Of a stretch of 64,000 bases of DNA, positions 8,473-18,038 are shown piece after piece; positions within the stretch are counted from its first letter, which is position 1, and every line of letters starts with the position of its first letter. The position numbers and the translations under genes are program-made. Source of the DNA: a bacterium (GTDB lineage Bacteria > Zhuqueibacterota > Zhuqueibacteria > Residuimicrobiales > Krinioviventaceae); NCBI GenBank assembly GCA_963675755.2, contig CAXXMD010000003.1, positions 3,577,765 through 3,641,764 of the forward strand, read 5' to 3'. The notes beneath the pieces were generated by a model that was not told where the DNA came from, searched no databases, and worked only from the letters and a program-made list of their open reading frames with translations.

Positions 8473-10947
8473 TTATTCAACCGGAAATCCATCTTTTAAC
8501 GTCATGTTTCCCAGCAGTTTCCCGTTCATGTCCCAGTATCGGGCTTTGCCCTGGCAGACAAAATGGATCCAGGTGGATTCGGCTTTTTTCTGTCCGTTGG
8601 GCCAGTAGTGCGTCCATACACTTTCGCCATTGGATTTGTGGTCCCAGCTCCAGATTTTCTTGCCCTTGATGTCCCACAAGGTTTCGGATCCCTGTTTTTG
8701 TCCCAGATTATATTCTGCCTGGTACTGTTTACTACCATCGGGATGATACCAGGTTTCCGTTCCTTGCAGCAGGTAGCGGCCGTCATCTGCGAGTCCGGCG
8801 GACCAGGTGCAGCGCAGGTTCTTGTTCTGATCATATTCCTTATATTTCTGAACATTGCTGATGGATGCCGCTTTGGAACGCATCAATTGGGTGTCATTGT
8901 TAACGGTATCGGTGTTATTGAGAATCCATGCTTCATTCAACTCAAAATGAAGACATGGCTGGTTCATGGTGGTGATCAGATGAATAATACCGTTGGGCGA
9001 CTGCCGTGCTACCGAGTAGCCCAGGGTGGTGCCGCCAAGCTCTTTTGCCCGCTTTGGAGATTCATGCTCCTGTGTGCCTACCAGATGTTTGATATGCCAG
9101 GTCTCACCTTCGTCTTCTGACAACGCTACATAGGTACCTTTTTCATGATATCCCTCGGGCTGACTGCCGTCCCGATGTTGCAGATCGCCGGCGAAAAACA
9201 GGCGTCCGCTTGCCAGGCGTATGAGGGTTGGACGCTGATTGCTCCCCAGGGAGGGGAACGGTGTTTTGCTGATGGTCCAGGTCTTGCCGCCATCACTGGA
9301 AATGGATTTGGGCATAAAACCGTCAATGTCACTGCTTTTACCGCCCATGGCAAGAATTCGACCGTCTTTGAGTAATACACAGGTAGAATGTCTGCCTCCT
9401 GTACGGCCGCCCGGATCGCTCCAGGTTTTTCCGTTGTTGCTGCTTTTCCAGAGAACGGAGGAAGGTCCAATGGCGTCGCTGGTTACATAAATATTTCCAT
9501 CAAAATCCCGTAACGCCGAATTGACCGGTTGTGCCGAGTGTCCGCCAACAGATGTCTCGAAAACAGGGAATTGTATTTCACTCCAGCTTTGGCCATTGTC
9601 AGTTGTTGTGGTCCATTGGAAGGGAAAACCGGATTCCATTTGATTGGCACCCCAGAAAAACCAGACTTGAGGGCCGTCTTTCCAGAGCATGGGGGCATGA
9701 TCATCAACATCGGGCAGGTCAATAAAATATTCGGGCATATCCCACTGATCGTGACCGAATCGTAATCTGGAAACAAGTAGTGACACATCCGCTCCACGCT
9801 CGGTTACGGATGTATAAAATACGGCAAACACATCGCCGTTGGGGAAGACCTCAAGCGCGGGACTGTGCTGATGCGTGAGAAATGATGGATGAAATCCCAA
9901 CCGCTTGTTCGTCTTGATGTCCTTGACGGGGATGTTATCCAGGGGTGTTGGCAGCAGGTAACGTTTTCGATAATAAGGTTTATTCATGTCGGGGCCCTGT
10001 TCCACATTGAACTGATTCTGCCTGACACACTGGAAGAAAAACGATGGCGTAAAAGATTCTTTTTTTGTCTCGGGCATGGGGGCTTGTACTATGCGAAATC
10101 CGATGTTATGGTTGCCCTGGTTGTCTGTTGATTCCCGGATAAAGTTTTTATAATTGAATACAGAACTGAAAGATTCCGGAGCTGTAAAGCGGTCTTCCGG
10201 ATGAATATCTGTGGTTGAGGTGTCCTTAACCATTGCTTTCATCTCCTCCAATGGCAAGGGAGGAAAGGCGGGGGGCATGCCCGCGCGATTTGCCGAACGC
10301 GCAAAATAGGGCGCTTCATAATCGAGACCGCCTCCACGGACGACGCGGGCGAATCCCCAATCGGGACCTACCGGGTCTGTAACCGGATCGGCTGAATACA
10401 TATCATGCCAGTCCAGGCACCATTCTGCAACCTGACTGTGCATATTTATCAATCCCCACGCATTGATCGAATTTGAATCGGGCGGGGTATTGCCGGTATT
10501 AAACAGAGTTGTGGTACCAGCCCGACACGCGTATTCCCATTCAGCTTCGGTTGGCAGGCGATACGGTTTGCCTTCTTTATTGCTCAACCACTCGCAAAAG
10601 GCTGTTGCTTCATTCCAGCTTATGGCAGAGGCAAAAGGCGCGTAATTTGAATTGCCTTTGTATGAATTGCGAAATTGTTTAAATTGTTCTATGGTTACCT
10701 CGGTCTCGCTTATATAAAAAGCTTGTGATATGGTAACCTGATGGACCGGTTGTTCATCCCAATCTCCCTGATCCAGATAATCCATGTTTTCACCACCCAG
10801 TTCGGATGGTGTAACTAGATTAGATTCGCCCATAGTAAAGGTACCCGGCTCAATACGGACCATGTTCATGTTCAGGCTGTTGGTATAATTTTGAGAAAAA
10901 GTAAAACTGGTCATGAGCAGCAAGAGATACAACGAGAGTTTTTTCAT
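8473..10947 (-). CDS. Secreted SUMF1/FGE-like domain + BNR/Asp-box (sialidase-like) propeller + MORN-like repeat protein
   Basis: Signal peptide; FTMG...PVHQV...RLPTEAEWEYACRAG...GFR (SUMF1 fold); Asp boxes TTDNGQSW, SSNNGKTW, SSDGGKTW, SEDEGETW; C-terminal WYHPDG/YWPNGQK/YWDMNG repeats. Confidence 0.85.
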   Translation of the reverse strand: MKKLSLYLLLLMTSFTFSQNYTNSLNMNMVRIEPGTFTMGESNLVTPSELGGENMDYLDQGDWDEQPVHQVTISQAFYISETEVTIEQFKQFRNSYKGNSNYAPFASAISWNEATAFCEWLSNKEGKPYRLPTEAEWEYACRAGTTTLFNTGNTPPDSNSINAWGLINMHSQVAEWCLDWHDMYSADPVTDPVGPDWGFARVVRGGGLDYEAPYFARSANRAGMPPAFPPLPLEEMKAMVKDTSTTDIHPEDRFTAPESFSSVFNYKNFIRESTDNQGNHNIGFRIVQAPMPETKKESFTPSFFFQCVRQNQFNVEQGPDMNKPYYRKRYLLPTPLDNIPVKDIKTNKRLGFHPSFLTHQHSPALEVFPNGDVFAVFYTSVTERGADVSLLVSRLRFGHDQWDMPEYFIDLPDVDDHAPMLWKDGPQVWFFWGANQMESGFPFQWTTTTDNGQSWSEIQFPVFETSVGGHSAQPVNSALRDFDGNIYVTSDAIGPSSVLWKSSNNGKTWSDPGGRTGGRHSTCVLLKDGRILAMGGKSSDIDGFMPKSISSDGGKTWTISKTPFPSLGSNQRPTLIRLASGRLFFAGDLQHRDGSQPEGYHEKGTYVALSEDEGETWHIKHLVGTQEHESPKRAKELGGTTLGYSVARQSPNGIIHLITTMNQPCLHFELNEAWILNNTDTVNNDTQLMRSKAASISNVQKYKEYDQNKNLRCTWSAGLADDGRYLLQGTETWYHPDGSKQYQAEYNLGQKQGSETLWDIKGKKIWSWDHKSNGESVWTHYWPNGQKKAESTWIHFVCQGKARYWDMNGKLLGNMTLKDGFPVE

Positions 10948-11144
10948 AATTGCACCTGTTTGAATGATTTGATTGAATGTTTGAGGACTGGTGATGCAAA
11001 AAACGAATGTATCATATTTTTAATATATAGAATAGTCAAAACAGTGTCAATATATTCTTTGGTCTGCAAGGCAAGGGTTGTTTTTATTAAAAAACCTTGT
11101 TATATTTTATACTCTATTTTTAATACTGAACTCCTGAGGATACA

Positions 11145-13544
11145 ATGCCAAGAGAAAATTTTCGTAAAAGATTACTAGATGAAATATTGATATTAGATGG
11201 TTCCATGGGGACCATGCTTCAGCCGCATCTGCCCGCGGGTGCGTGTCCGGATTATGCGTGCCTTACCCATCCCGAAATTGTTCGTAATGTGCACAAGGCA
11301 TATGTTGAGGCAGGAGCAGATATTGTAATAACCAATACATTTGGCGCTACACGAATTAAATTGAATGAATATGGATTAGGCGACAAGGTCCATGATATAA
11401 ACGTACGTGCCTGCGAACTGGTACAGGAAGCATCTGCAGCGCATACCATTGTTGGCGGCTCTATTGGTCCCACCGGAAAGCTGGTTGAACCCCTGGGCGA
11501 TGTGAGTTTTGATGAGGTTTATAAGATATATAAGGAACAAGTGGTATCTCTGCTTGAAGGCGGTGTGGATGTATTTGTAATGGAGACCTTTGGTGATCTC
11601 AAAGAAGCCAAAGCCGCATTACTTGCCGTAAGAGAGAACACTCATCTGCCGGTAATGATTGCCATGACTTTTGCGGAAGACCATAAAACCTTTACCGGTA
11701 CGGATCCGTTAACAGCGGCAACCGTACTTGCCGCATTGGGTGCGGATGCCATTGGGGTGAATTGTTCTCTGGGACCCCAACAAATGCTGCCGTTGGTAAA
11801 TCAGCTTGTAGAGGCAACCCATCTGCCCGTATTTGTGGAACCCAATGCAGGTATACCCAAACTTGTGAATGGAAATCAAACCACGCATACGGTTACCGCG
11901 GATGAAATGGCCGAGTATGCGGAGAAATACATTCAAGCCGGCGCCAATATTGTGGGCACATGCTGCGGAAGTACCCCTGAACATACACGCAAAGTCCATG
12001 ACAGTATAAAACATTTCAAACCGGTGCAGCGATCTGTACAATCCCGGTTGAGTTTGTCAAGCCGGTTCAATACCGTTCATTTGGGTCCTGAACAACCCTT
12101 TGGCATTATTGGTGAACGGATCAATACTACCAATCGTAAAAAACTGGCGCAGGATATCAAAGACCGTCAGTATATTCTGTTGCAAAAAGATGTTGAAGCC
12201 CAGGTCAGGGCCGGTGCGACCATTATGGATTTAAATGTAAGCATGCCCGGTATTGACGAGTCCCAGACCATGAGCGAGATCGTTCGCAAGCTGGATAATA
12301 CCCTGGCAACGCCTTTGTGTATCGATTCCAAAGACAGTGCCGCAATAGAAACGGCCTTGCGTGAAACTGCCGGTAAAGCGCTGATCAATTCCGTAACGGG
12401 TGAAGAGGAAAATATGCAGGAGATTTTTCCTCTGGCTGCCAGATATGGTGCAGGGCTGATTTGTCTTGCCATAGATGAAGCGGGAATTCCGGATAATGCC
12501 AAAGATCGTATCCGGATTATTGAAAAACTGCTGCAACGCGCGGATGATTTTGGTGTGGACCGACGTAATTTGATTATCGACTGTCTTGCCATGACGGTAT
12601 CTACCCAGCAGGCCGGGGCTTTGGAGTCTTTGGATGCTATTCGGGCAATGAATCGAGATTTTCATTTACCGACGGTTTTGGGTCTTTCCAATATCAGTTT
12701 TGGATTGCCGGGGCGCAGTTTGCTCAACGCTACGTATGTGAGCATGGCAATGGCAGCGGGACTCGATGCAGCGATCATGAATCCCGGTGATGAACGTATG
12801 ATGGATGCGGTCAAGGCCGCGTCGGTTTTTAGCATGAGAGATAAAGACGCCAAACTCTATACCCAGATTGATTTTACACAAGAGACCTTGTCCGTCAAGG
12901 GTGCTACAGAAGAACAAAATAAAGAGTTGGGCGAGATCTATAACGCGGTACTGAGCGGCAACAAGGCCAGTATTGAGCATTTGGTCAAACACGCACTGGA
13001 AAAGGGATTGACAGCGGAGCAGATCAATGATGACGCGCTCATCGCGGGGATCAATGAAGTGGGACTCCGTTACGAGCGTAAAGAATATTTCTTACCGCAG
13101 ATGATGCTGTCCGCCGAGACATTTCAAGCGGCATTTAAACATTTACAGCCCCATTTTAAAACGCAGGATATCAAATCCAAAGGCACCATTGTACTGTGCA
13201 CGGTAAAGGGCGACCTGCACAGCATTGGCAAGAATATTGTCCGTTTGCTGTTAACCAATGCGGGGTATACCGTGGAAGATATGGGCATAGACGTCTCTGC
13301 CGAAGCCTTGTATGAACGGGCCATGGAGATAAACGCGGATGTTGTGGGACTTTCGGCACTCATGACCACCACCATGCTGGAGATGGGCAAGGTTGTCAAG
13401 CTTTTCCGTGAAAAAGGCGCAAAGACCAAGATCATCATCGGCGGGGCGGCCGTAACACAGGACTTTTGTGATGATATTGGTGCGGACGGATTCTCCTTCG
13501 ATGGCGTTGGCGCAGTCAAGTTGGTGGATCGGTTGATGGAGTAG
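11145..13544 (+). CDS. metH: Cobalamin-dependent methionine synthase lacking the C-terminal AdoMet reactivation domain
   Basis: ILDGSMGT, GVNC, GTCCG (Hcy/Zn domain); IIGERIN, IDS, INS, GLSNISFG (pterin domain); DLHSIGKNIV and SALMTTT (B12 domain); ends at 799 aa. Confidence 0.9.
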   Translation: MPRENFRKRLLDEILILDGSMGTMLQPHLPAGACPDYACLTHPEIVRNVHKAYVEAGADIVITNTFGATRIKLNEYGLGDKVHDINVRACELVQEASAAHTIVGGSIGPTGKLVEPLGDVSFDEVYKIYKEQVVSLLEGGVDVFVMETFGDLKEAKAALLAVRENTHLPVMIAMTFAEDHKTFTGTDPLTAATVLAALGADAIGVNCSLGPQQMLPLVNQLVEATHLPVFVEPNAGIPKLVNGNQTTHTVTADEMAEYAEKYIQAGANIVGTCCGSTPEHTRKVHDSIKHFKPVQRSVQSRLSLSSRFNTVHLGPEQPFGIIGERINTTNRKKLAQDIKDRQYILLQKDVEAQVRAGATIMDLNVSMPGIDESQTMSEIVRKLDNTLATPLCIDSKDSAAIETALRETAGKALINSVTGEEENMQEIFPLAARYGAGLICLAIDEAGIPDNAKDRIRIIEKLLQRADDFGVDRRNLIIDCLAMTVSTQQAGALESLDAIRAMNRDFHLPTVLGLSNISFGLPGRSLLNATYVSMAMAAGLDAAIMNPGDERMMDAVKAASVFSMRDKDAKLYTQIDFTQETLSVKGATEEQNKELGEIYNAVLSGNKASIEHLVKHALEKGLTAEQINDDALIAGINEVGLRYERKEYFLPQMMLSAETFQAAFKHLQPHFKTQDIKSKGTIVLCTVKGDLHSIGKNIVRLLLTNAGYTVEDMGIDVSAEALYERAMEINADVVGLSALMTTTMLEMGKVVKLFREKGAKTKIIIGGAAVTQDFCDDIGADGFSFDGVGAVKLVDRLME

Positions 13545-13604
13545 ATTTAATATAATAGTATGAGAATTTATTTCTGGAATTAATTATATTTTTTTGAGGG
13601 GATA

Positions 13605-15428
13605 ATGAAAAAAATACTGATAATCCTTACTGTTTTCTTGTTATGTAGTCATGTAAAAAGTCAAATCAATCCATGTGAACCGGAATTTCAGGTAAACACA
13701 GCTGAAACTAAAAATTTTGCCTCATCTTGCATTACTGGCTTGAAAGATGGCGGATATGTTATTTGTTGGTCAAGTTACAGCTATAAAGTGGGCGGCTTGG
13801 GTATCTGGGGACAACTGTTTGATTCTAATGGTAATAAAAAGGGGGAAGAATTTCTAATAAATACAAATTCAAAAGTTGACAAGGGATTTATTTCTGCATC
13901 TTCATTGGTTAATGGCGGATTTGTTGTGTGTTGGACAGGTCAAGAAATAAATGGAGTTCACTTGGATGTTTATGCTAAATGTTATAATTGTAATGGGGAT
14001 AAAGTGAGTGAAGAATTTTGTGTGAATTCCTATACTGTTGATAACCAGCAAACACCTTGCGTAACAAGCTTACCATATAGTGGCTTTATTGTCTGTTGGA
14101 CAAGTTCAAAAAGCAATACAGGTGTTAGGATTTGCGCTCAAAGATTTGATGATTTTGGTGGTAAAATTGGATCCGAGTTTGAGGTTACAAATTATAATGT
14201 AGGTTTAGAAGAGCAAATTTGCGTTACAACACTTATGAATGGAAATATAGTAATTTGTTGGGAAAAGGATGGACAAGATTTTTCATCTGGAGTAATATAT
14301 GGAAAAATAATTAATCCTTATGGAAAAGAAATAAAAGAAGAATTTGAAATTATTACATTAAAGAATCCAGATTTAGTGTGGCCACAAATAGCATCTCTTA
14401 AGGATGGCGGTTTTGTAGTTTGTTGGAATAGTGAAGATTATCTTGAGGGGATTTTTGCTCAACGATATGATAGAATCGGAAATAAAGTGAATAGAGAATT
14501 TCAAGTAAATGAAATTCCTTGTTTTCATCCATTATATCCTTGTATTACAGGACTTGATGATGGTGGATTTGTTATAAGCTGGACAGTTTTTTATTGTAAT
14601 CAATTTGGCACTGGAATATTTGCTAAACAATATAATCAAGAAGGTAATGTTGTTGGTAATAGATTTCGAGTAAATGTATATGATGGACATTTACAACTTT
14701 TTCCAAATGTGACTGAGCTTAATAATTCAAGTTATGTCATATGTTGGTATAAATATGATTCAGATACTAATAACAAGATTGTAGCAAGATATGTTGATAA
14801 CAAACAACTGGTAAATCAGTTAAACGAATTTGAGTTGATTTCACCCCCCAATAATATTATCATTAAAAATGACCGTGTAAATTTTGAATGGCAGGCAACA
14901 AGTATATTTAATGCTTGTAATGCTGATTTTTATAAATATGATTTGTTTTTATCAAGCTCGAAGGACTTTGAAGATCCAAAGATTTTTGATAATATCAATA
15001 AATGTAATTGTAAATTGATTTTAAAAAGTATGAATAAGGGTAATACCTATTATTGGAAAGTATTGGCCAGGAATCAAGTCGGTGACAGTTTATGGAGTTC
15101 TGGTATCAATTCATTCCATTACGGATATCCTTTAAGAAAGGCTGACTCGAATACAACTGATATAATAGATTATAATATTGAACAGAACCATCCCAATCCT
15201 TTTAATCCTGAAACAACGATTCGGTACGAGCTGCCGGAACAGGAATGGGTAGAAATTACGGTCTTTGATATCACCGGTAGAAGAATCAGCACACTTGTAA
15301 AAGAACAGCAGGCAGCGGGTGCGCATTCGGTACGGTTTGACGGCAGAGACTTGGCAAGTGGAGTGTATATCTATACGATTCATGCTGGGGATTACCGTGA
15401 GAGTAAAAAGATGGTTCTGGTGAGATAA
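13605..15428 (+). CDS. Secreted beta-propeller-like repeat protein with T9SS/FlgD-type CTD, paralog 4
   Basis: Signal peptide, PEFQVNT, 7 repeats with GGFVVCW, TYYWKVLARNQVGDSLWSS, QNHPNPFNPETT...KKMVLVR. Confidence 0.88.
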   Translation: MKKILIILTVFLLCSHVKSQINPCEPEFQVNTAETKNFASSCITGLKDGGYVICWSSYSYKVGGLGIWGQLFDSNGNKKGEEFLINTNSKVDKGFISASSLVNGGFVVCWTGQEINGVHLDVYAKCYNCNGDKVSEEFCVNSYTVDNQQTPCVTSLPYSGFIVCWTSSKSNTGVRICAQRFDDFGGKIGSEFEVTNYNVGLEEQICVTTLMNGNIVICWEKDGQDFSSGVIYGKIINPYGKEIKEEFEIITLKNPDLVWPQIASLKDGGFVVCWNSEDYLEGIFAQRYDRIGNKVNREFQVNEIPCFHPLYPCITGLDDGGFVISWTVFYCNQFGTGIFAKQYNQEGNVVGNRFRVNVYDGHLQLFPNVTELNNSSYVICWYKYDSDTNNKIVARYVDNKQLVNQLNEFELISPPNNIIIKNDRVNFEWQATSIFNACNADFYKYDLFLSSSKDFEDPKIFDNINKCNCKLILKSMNKGNTYYWKVLARNQVGDSLWSSGINSFHYGYPLRKADSNTTDIIDYNIEQNHPNPFNPETTIRYELPEQEWVEITVFDITGRRISTLVKEQQAAGAHSVRFDGRDLASGVYIYTIHAGDYRESKKMVLVR

Positions 15429-15436
15429 GTTTTTAC

Positions 15437-15464
15437 TGGTACCACGACTCGAGTCGTGACACCA
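15437..15464. repeat. REP-like palindrome TGGT-AC-CACGACTCGAGTCGTG-AC-ACCA
   Basis: Perfect 16-bp palindrome (15443-15458) directly after paralog 4. Confidence 0.7.
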
Positions 15465-15472
15465 ATGCAATG

Positions 15473-15626
15473 AATATTTCCTCCCGCCCAAGTTTCACTT
15501 GGGTGGGAAATTTGATGAGAAGCTTTGCTTCTTGGTGATATAGAATGGAAACGTTACACTGGTATCAATCGTTTTATTATATTTGATAAAAAGAGTTTAT
15601 CATTGTCATTTGTGTCTAAAACCGGA
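15473..15626 (+). repeat. 154-bp direct repeat, copy 1 (starts with REP-like hairpin CCCGCCCAAG-TTTCA-CTTGGGTGGG)
   Basis: Aligns without gaps to 17885-18038 with about 13 mismatches counted by eye. Confidence 0.9.
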
Positions 15627-15829
15627 ATCTTGGATGCATTGAATTATTCTTTGGTAAGTTCTAAGAAAAATATAATTTTAAGGGGTTTTTACAAATTTGT
15701 TCTTGATCTTTATTTATGAATAAGATATTTTATTAAATCAACTGGTAATTTTGTTTGTTGATTTGATAATTAAAAGGGGAAAACAATCCGTTAAACAAAC
15801 AACTTTTTTCTATAAAAATAGCTTGTAAA

Positions 15830-17866
15830 ATGAAAGAGCTTTTAAAAAAACTGTATCACAGATTTATTAAATCCTTACAACCCAAAAACCAACAAATATT
15901 AATTCAGGAAGATTTGGTATTTTGTGAAAATGCAAGCAAAGTGGCTCCTGATAATTATCATGTTTGGTATAATTGGGGAAGAGCTTTGGGGGAACTTGCT
16001 AAAATTGTTAATGAGGAAGAGGCTGAATTGTTATATACTAAATCATTTGATAAATTAGCAAAGTGTATAGCGCTCGACCAGGAAAATTATATTGCTTGGC
16101 ACTGTTGGGGATCCTTTTTGGGTGATTTGGCAGATTTAAAAGCAGGTGTTGAAGTAGAAAAACTATATGTTGAAGCAATGGAGAAATATAAACGAGCCAT
16201 TGAAATCAAGCCGGATAATTATGATTCATGGTATAACTGGGGACTTGAATTGGTTAAAGCAGCAAGAAAAAAATCAGGTGACGATGCTAAAAATATGTTT
16301 GAACAGGCATTTGAAAAATACAAAACAGCAGTTGAAATAAATCCTGATAAAGAAAAATCATGGATTAATTGGGGGAATGCTTTAAAAGATTATGCGAAAT
16401 TACATCTCGATAGCGAAGCTAAAAATCTTTACACTCAGGCAATTGCAAAGTATGAAAAAGCATTAGAAGTAAATGCTCATAGCAGTTATGCATTATATAA
16501 TATGGGAAATACTTTTGATGATATAGCAGAATTGAGCTCGGGAGATGACGCTGAACATTTGTATGAGAGAGCTGTGGAGAATTATGAAAAAGCTCTTAAA
16601 ATTGATCCGAATTATTTGAATGCTTTGTACAATTGTGCAAATTTAGTAGGTAGGCTGGCAGATAAGAAACAAGGAAAAGAAGCTGAACAATTATATATTC
16701 AATCCATTGATAAATTCGCCAAAGTTGTAAGCATTCAACCGGACGATTATATGGCTTTGAATTTGTGGGGTTTGAATTTGAGTGATCTGGCTTTTTTGAA
16801 AACAGGGGATAAAGCTGAAGCATTGTATATGTCTGCAATTGAGAAATACAAACAGGTTGTTGAATTGAAACCAGACAATCATGATACTTGGAATAATTGG
16901 GGTATAGCTTTGGAAAGTATTGCAGAATTAAAACAAAAAGATAAAGCAGAATATTTTTATTATGAAGCATTTGAAAAATATGAAAGAGCAGTGAAAATAA
17001 AACCAGATAAAACTGAATCATGGTACAATTGGGGCAATTCATTATGTTATTTTGCTGCGATAAAGAAGGGAAAAGAAGGCGAATTATTATATTCTAAAGG
17101 ATTTAATAAATTTAGAAAAGCAACCGAGATAAAACCAAATTATTCTGATGCATGGTTTAAATGGGGATATCATCTGGGAGAGTATGTTTACAATTTCCCG
17201 GATAATAATATGGAAGGAATTTATTCGGAGATATTTGAAAAATATAAAAATACTACAGACCTTGAGCCAGAAAATTCAAGAGCTTGGTTAAATTGGGGAC
17301 TGGATCTTTTAAATCTGGCAGACCTAAAATCAACAAGTAATAAAGTAGAACTTTACCAGGAAGCATCTGAAAAGTTTAAAAAAGCAATTGAAATTGAACC
17401 GGATAAACTTGATGCATGGAGCGGATGGGGGTTGTCTTTGGTGAAAATGGCTGAACAAGGTCAGGTTTCTGACAAAAGAAAATTGTTAATAGAATCCTTA
17501 GAAAAATTCAATAAAGCCCTTTCTATAAATCCGGATGACTGCAATGTGATAGACAATTTGGCTGTTGGCCTTGGGGATTTGGCTGAAATTTCAAATCAAA
17601 ATGATGCAATCATGTATTACAAACAGGCAATTGAGATTTTATTAAAAGGAGAAGAGATCGAAAAAGGAAGTGGTTCTTACAATCTTACCTGTTATTACAA
17701 TGTACTTGGTGATTTTGACAATGCCCTGAAATACTTGGATTTATGCTTTGAAACTGATAATGTACCTGATATGGATTATTTAATAAACGATCCTGATTTA
17801 AAGGGACTTGTTGATACACCTGAATTTCAAAAGTTAATAGAAAAATATATAACTAATAAAGAGTAA
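15830..17866 (+). CDS. Tetratricopeptide-repeat protein with TPR end-of-group motif
   Basis: Many ~42-aa repeats W.NWG..L..LA....A..LY..A.EKY.KA..I.PD; C-terminal YNLTCYY..LG....AL.YL; AT-rich. Confidence 0.9.
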   Translation: MKELLKKLYHRFIKSLQPKNQQILIQEDLVFCENASKVAPDNYHVWYNWGRALGELAKIVNEEEAELLYTKSFDKLAKCIALDQENYIAWHCWGSFLGDLADLKAGVEVEKLYVEAMEKYKRAIEIKPDNYDSWYNWGLELVKAARKKSGDDAKNMFEQAFEKYKTAVEINPDKEKSWINWGNALKDYAKLHLDSEAKNLYTQAIAKYEKALEVNAHSSYALYNMGNTFDDIAELSSGDDAEHLYERAVENYEKALKIDPNYLNALYNCANLVGRLADKKQGKEAEQLYIQSIDKFAKVVSIQPDDYMALNLWGLNLSDLAFLKTGDKAEALYMSAIEKYKQVVELKPDNHDTWNNWGIALESIAELKQKDKAEYFYYEAFEKYERAVKIKPDKTESWYNWGNSLCYFAAIKKGKEGELLYSKGFNKFRKATEIKPNYSDAWFKWGYHLGEYVYNFPDNNMEGIYSEIFEKYKNTTDLEPENSRAWLNWGLDLLNLADLKSTSNKVELYQEASEKFKKAIEIEPDKLDAWSGWGLSLVKMAEQGQVSDKRKLLIESLEKFNKALSINPDDCNVIDNLAVGLGDLAEISNQNDAIMYYKQAIEILLKGEEIEKGSGSYNLTCYYNVLGDFDNALKYLDLCFETDNVPDMDYLINDPDLKGLVDTPEFQKLIEKYITNKE

Positions 17867-17884
17867 ATATTTGTTGTGGAATAA

Positions 17885-18038
17885 AATATTTCCTCCCGCC
17901 CAAGTTTCACTTGGGTGGGAAATTTGATGAGAAGCTTTGCTTCCGGGTGATACAGAATGGAAACGTTACACTGGTATAAATCGTTGTAATATATTTGATA
18001 AACAGAGTTTATTATTGTTATTTGCGTCCAAATCAGGA
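17885..18038 (+). repeat. 154-bp direct repeat, copy 2
   Basis: See copy 1 at 15473-15626. Confidence 0.9.

Noticed and set aside
8473-10947. Formylglycine-generating enzyme for the sulfatase at 26793-28181
   Set aside because: The catalytic Cys pair of true FGE is absent from the RGG motif region.
10950-11144. SAM or cobalamin riboswitch before metH (and TPP riboswitch before thiN)
   Set aside because: The metH leader is AT-rich without recognisable aptamer motifs; thiN has only 12 nt of upstream intergenic space.
15525-15719. 64-aa ORF between paralog 4 and the TPR gene
   Set aside because: Starts inside the 154-bp repeat with no RBS; treated as non-coding.
15473-18038. CRISPR array or integron attC sites
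   Set aside because: Only two 154-bp copies 2.4 kb apart, no spacer periodicity, no cas or intI gene, and I could not find RYYYAAC/GTTRRRY ends.
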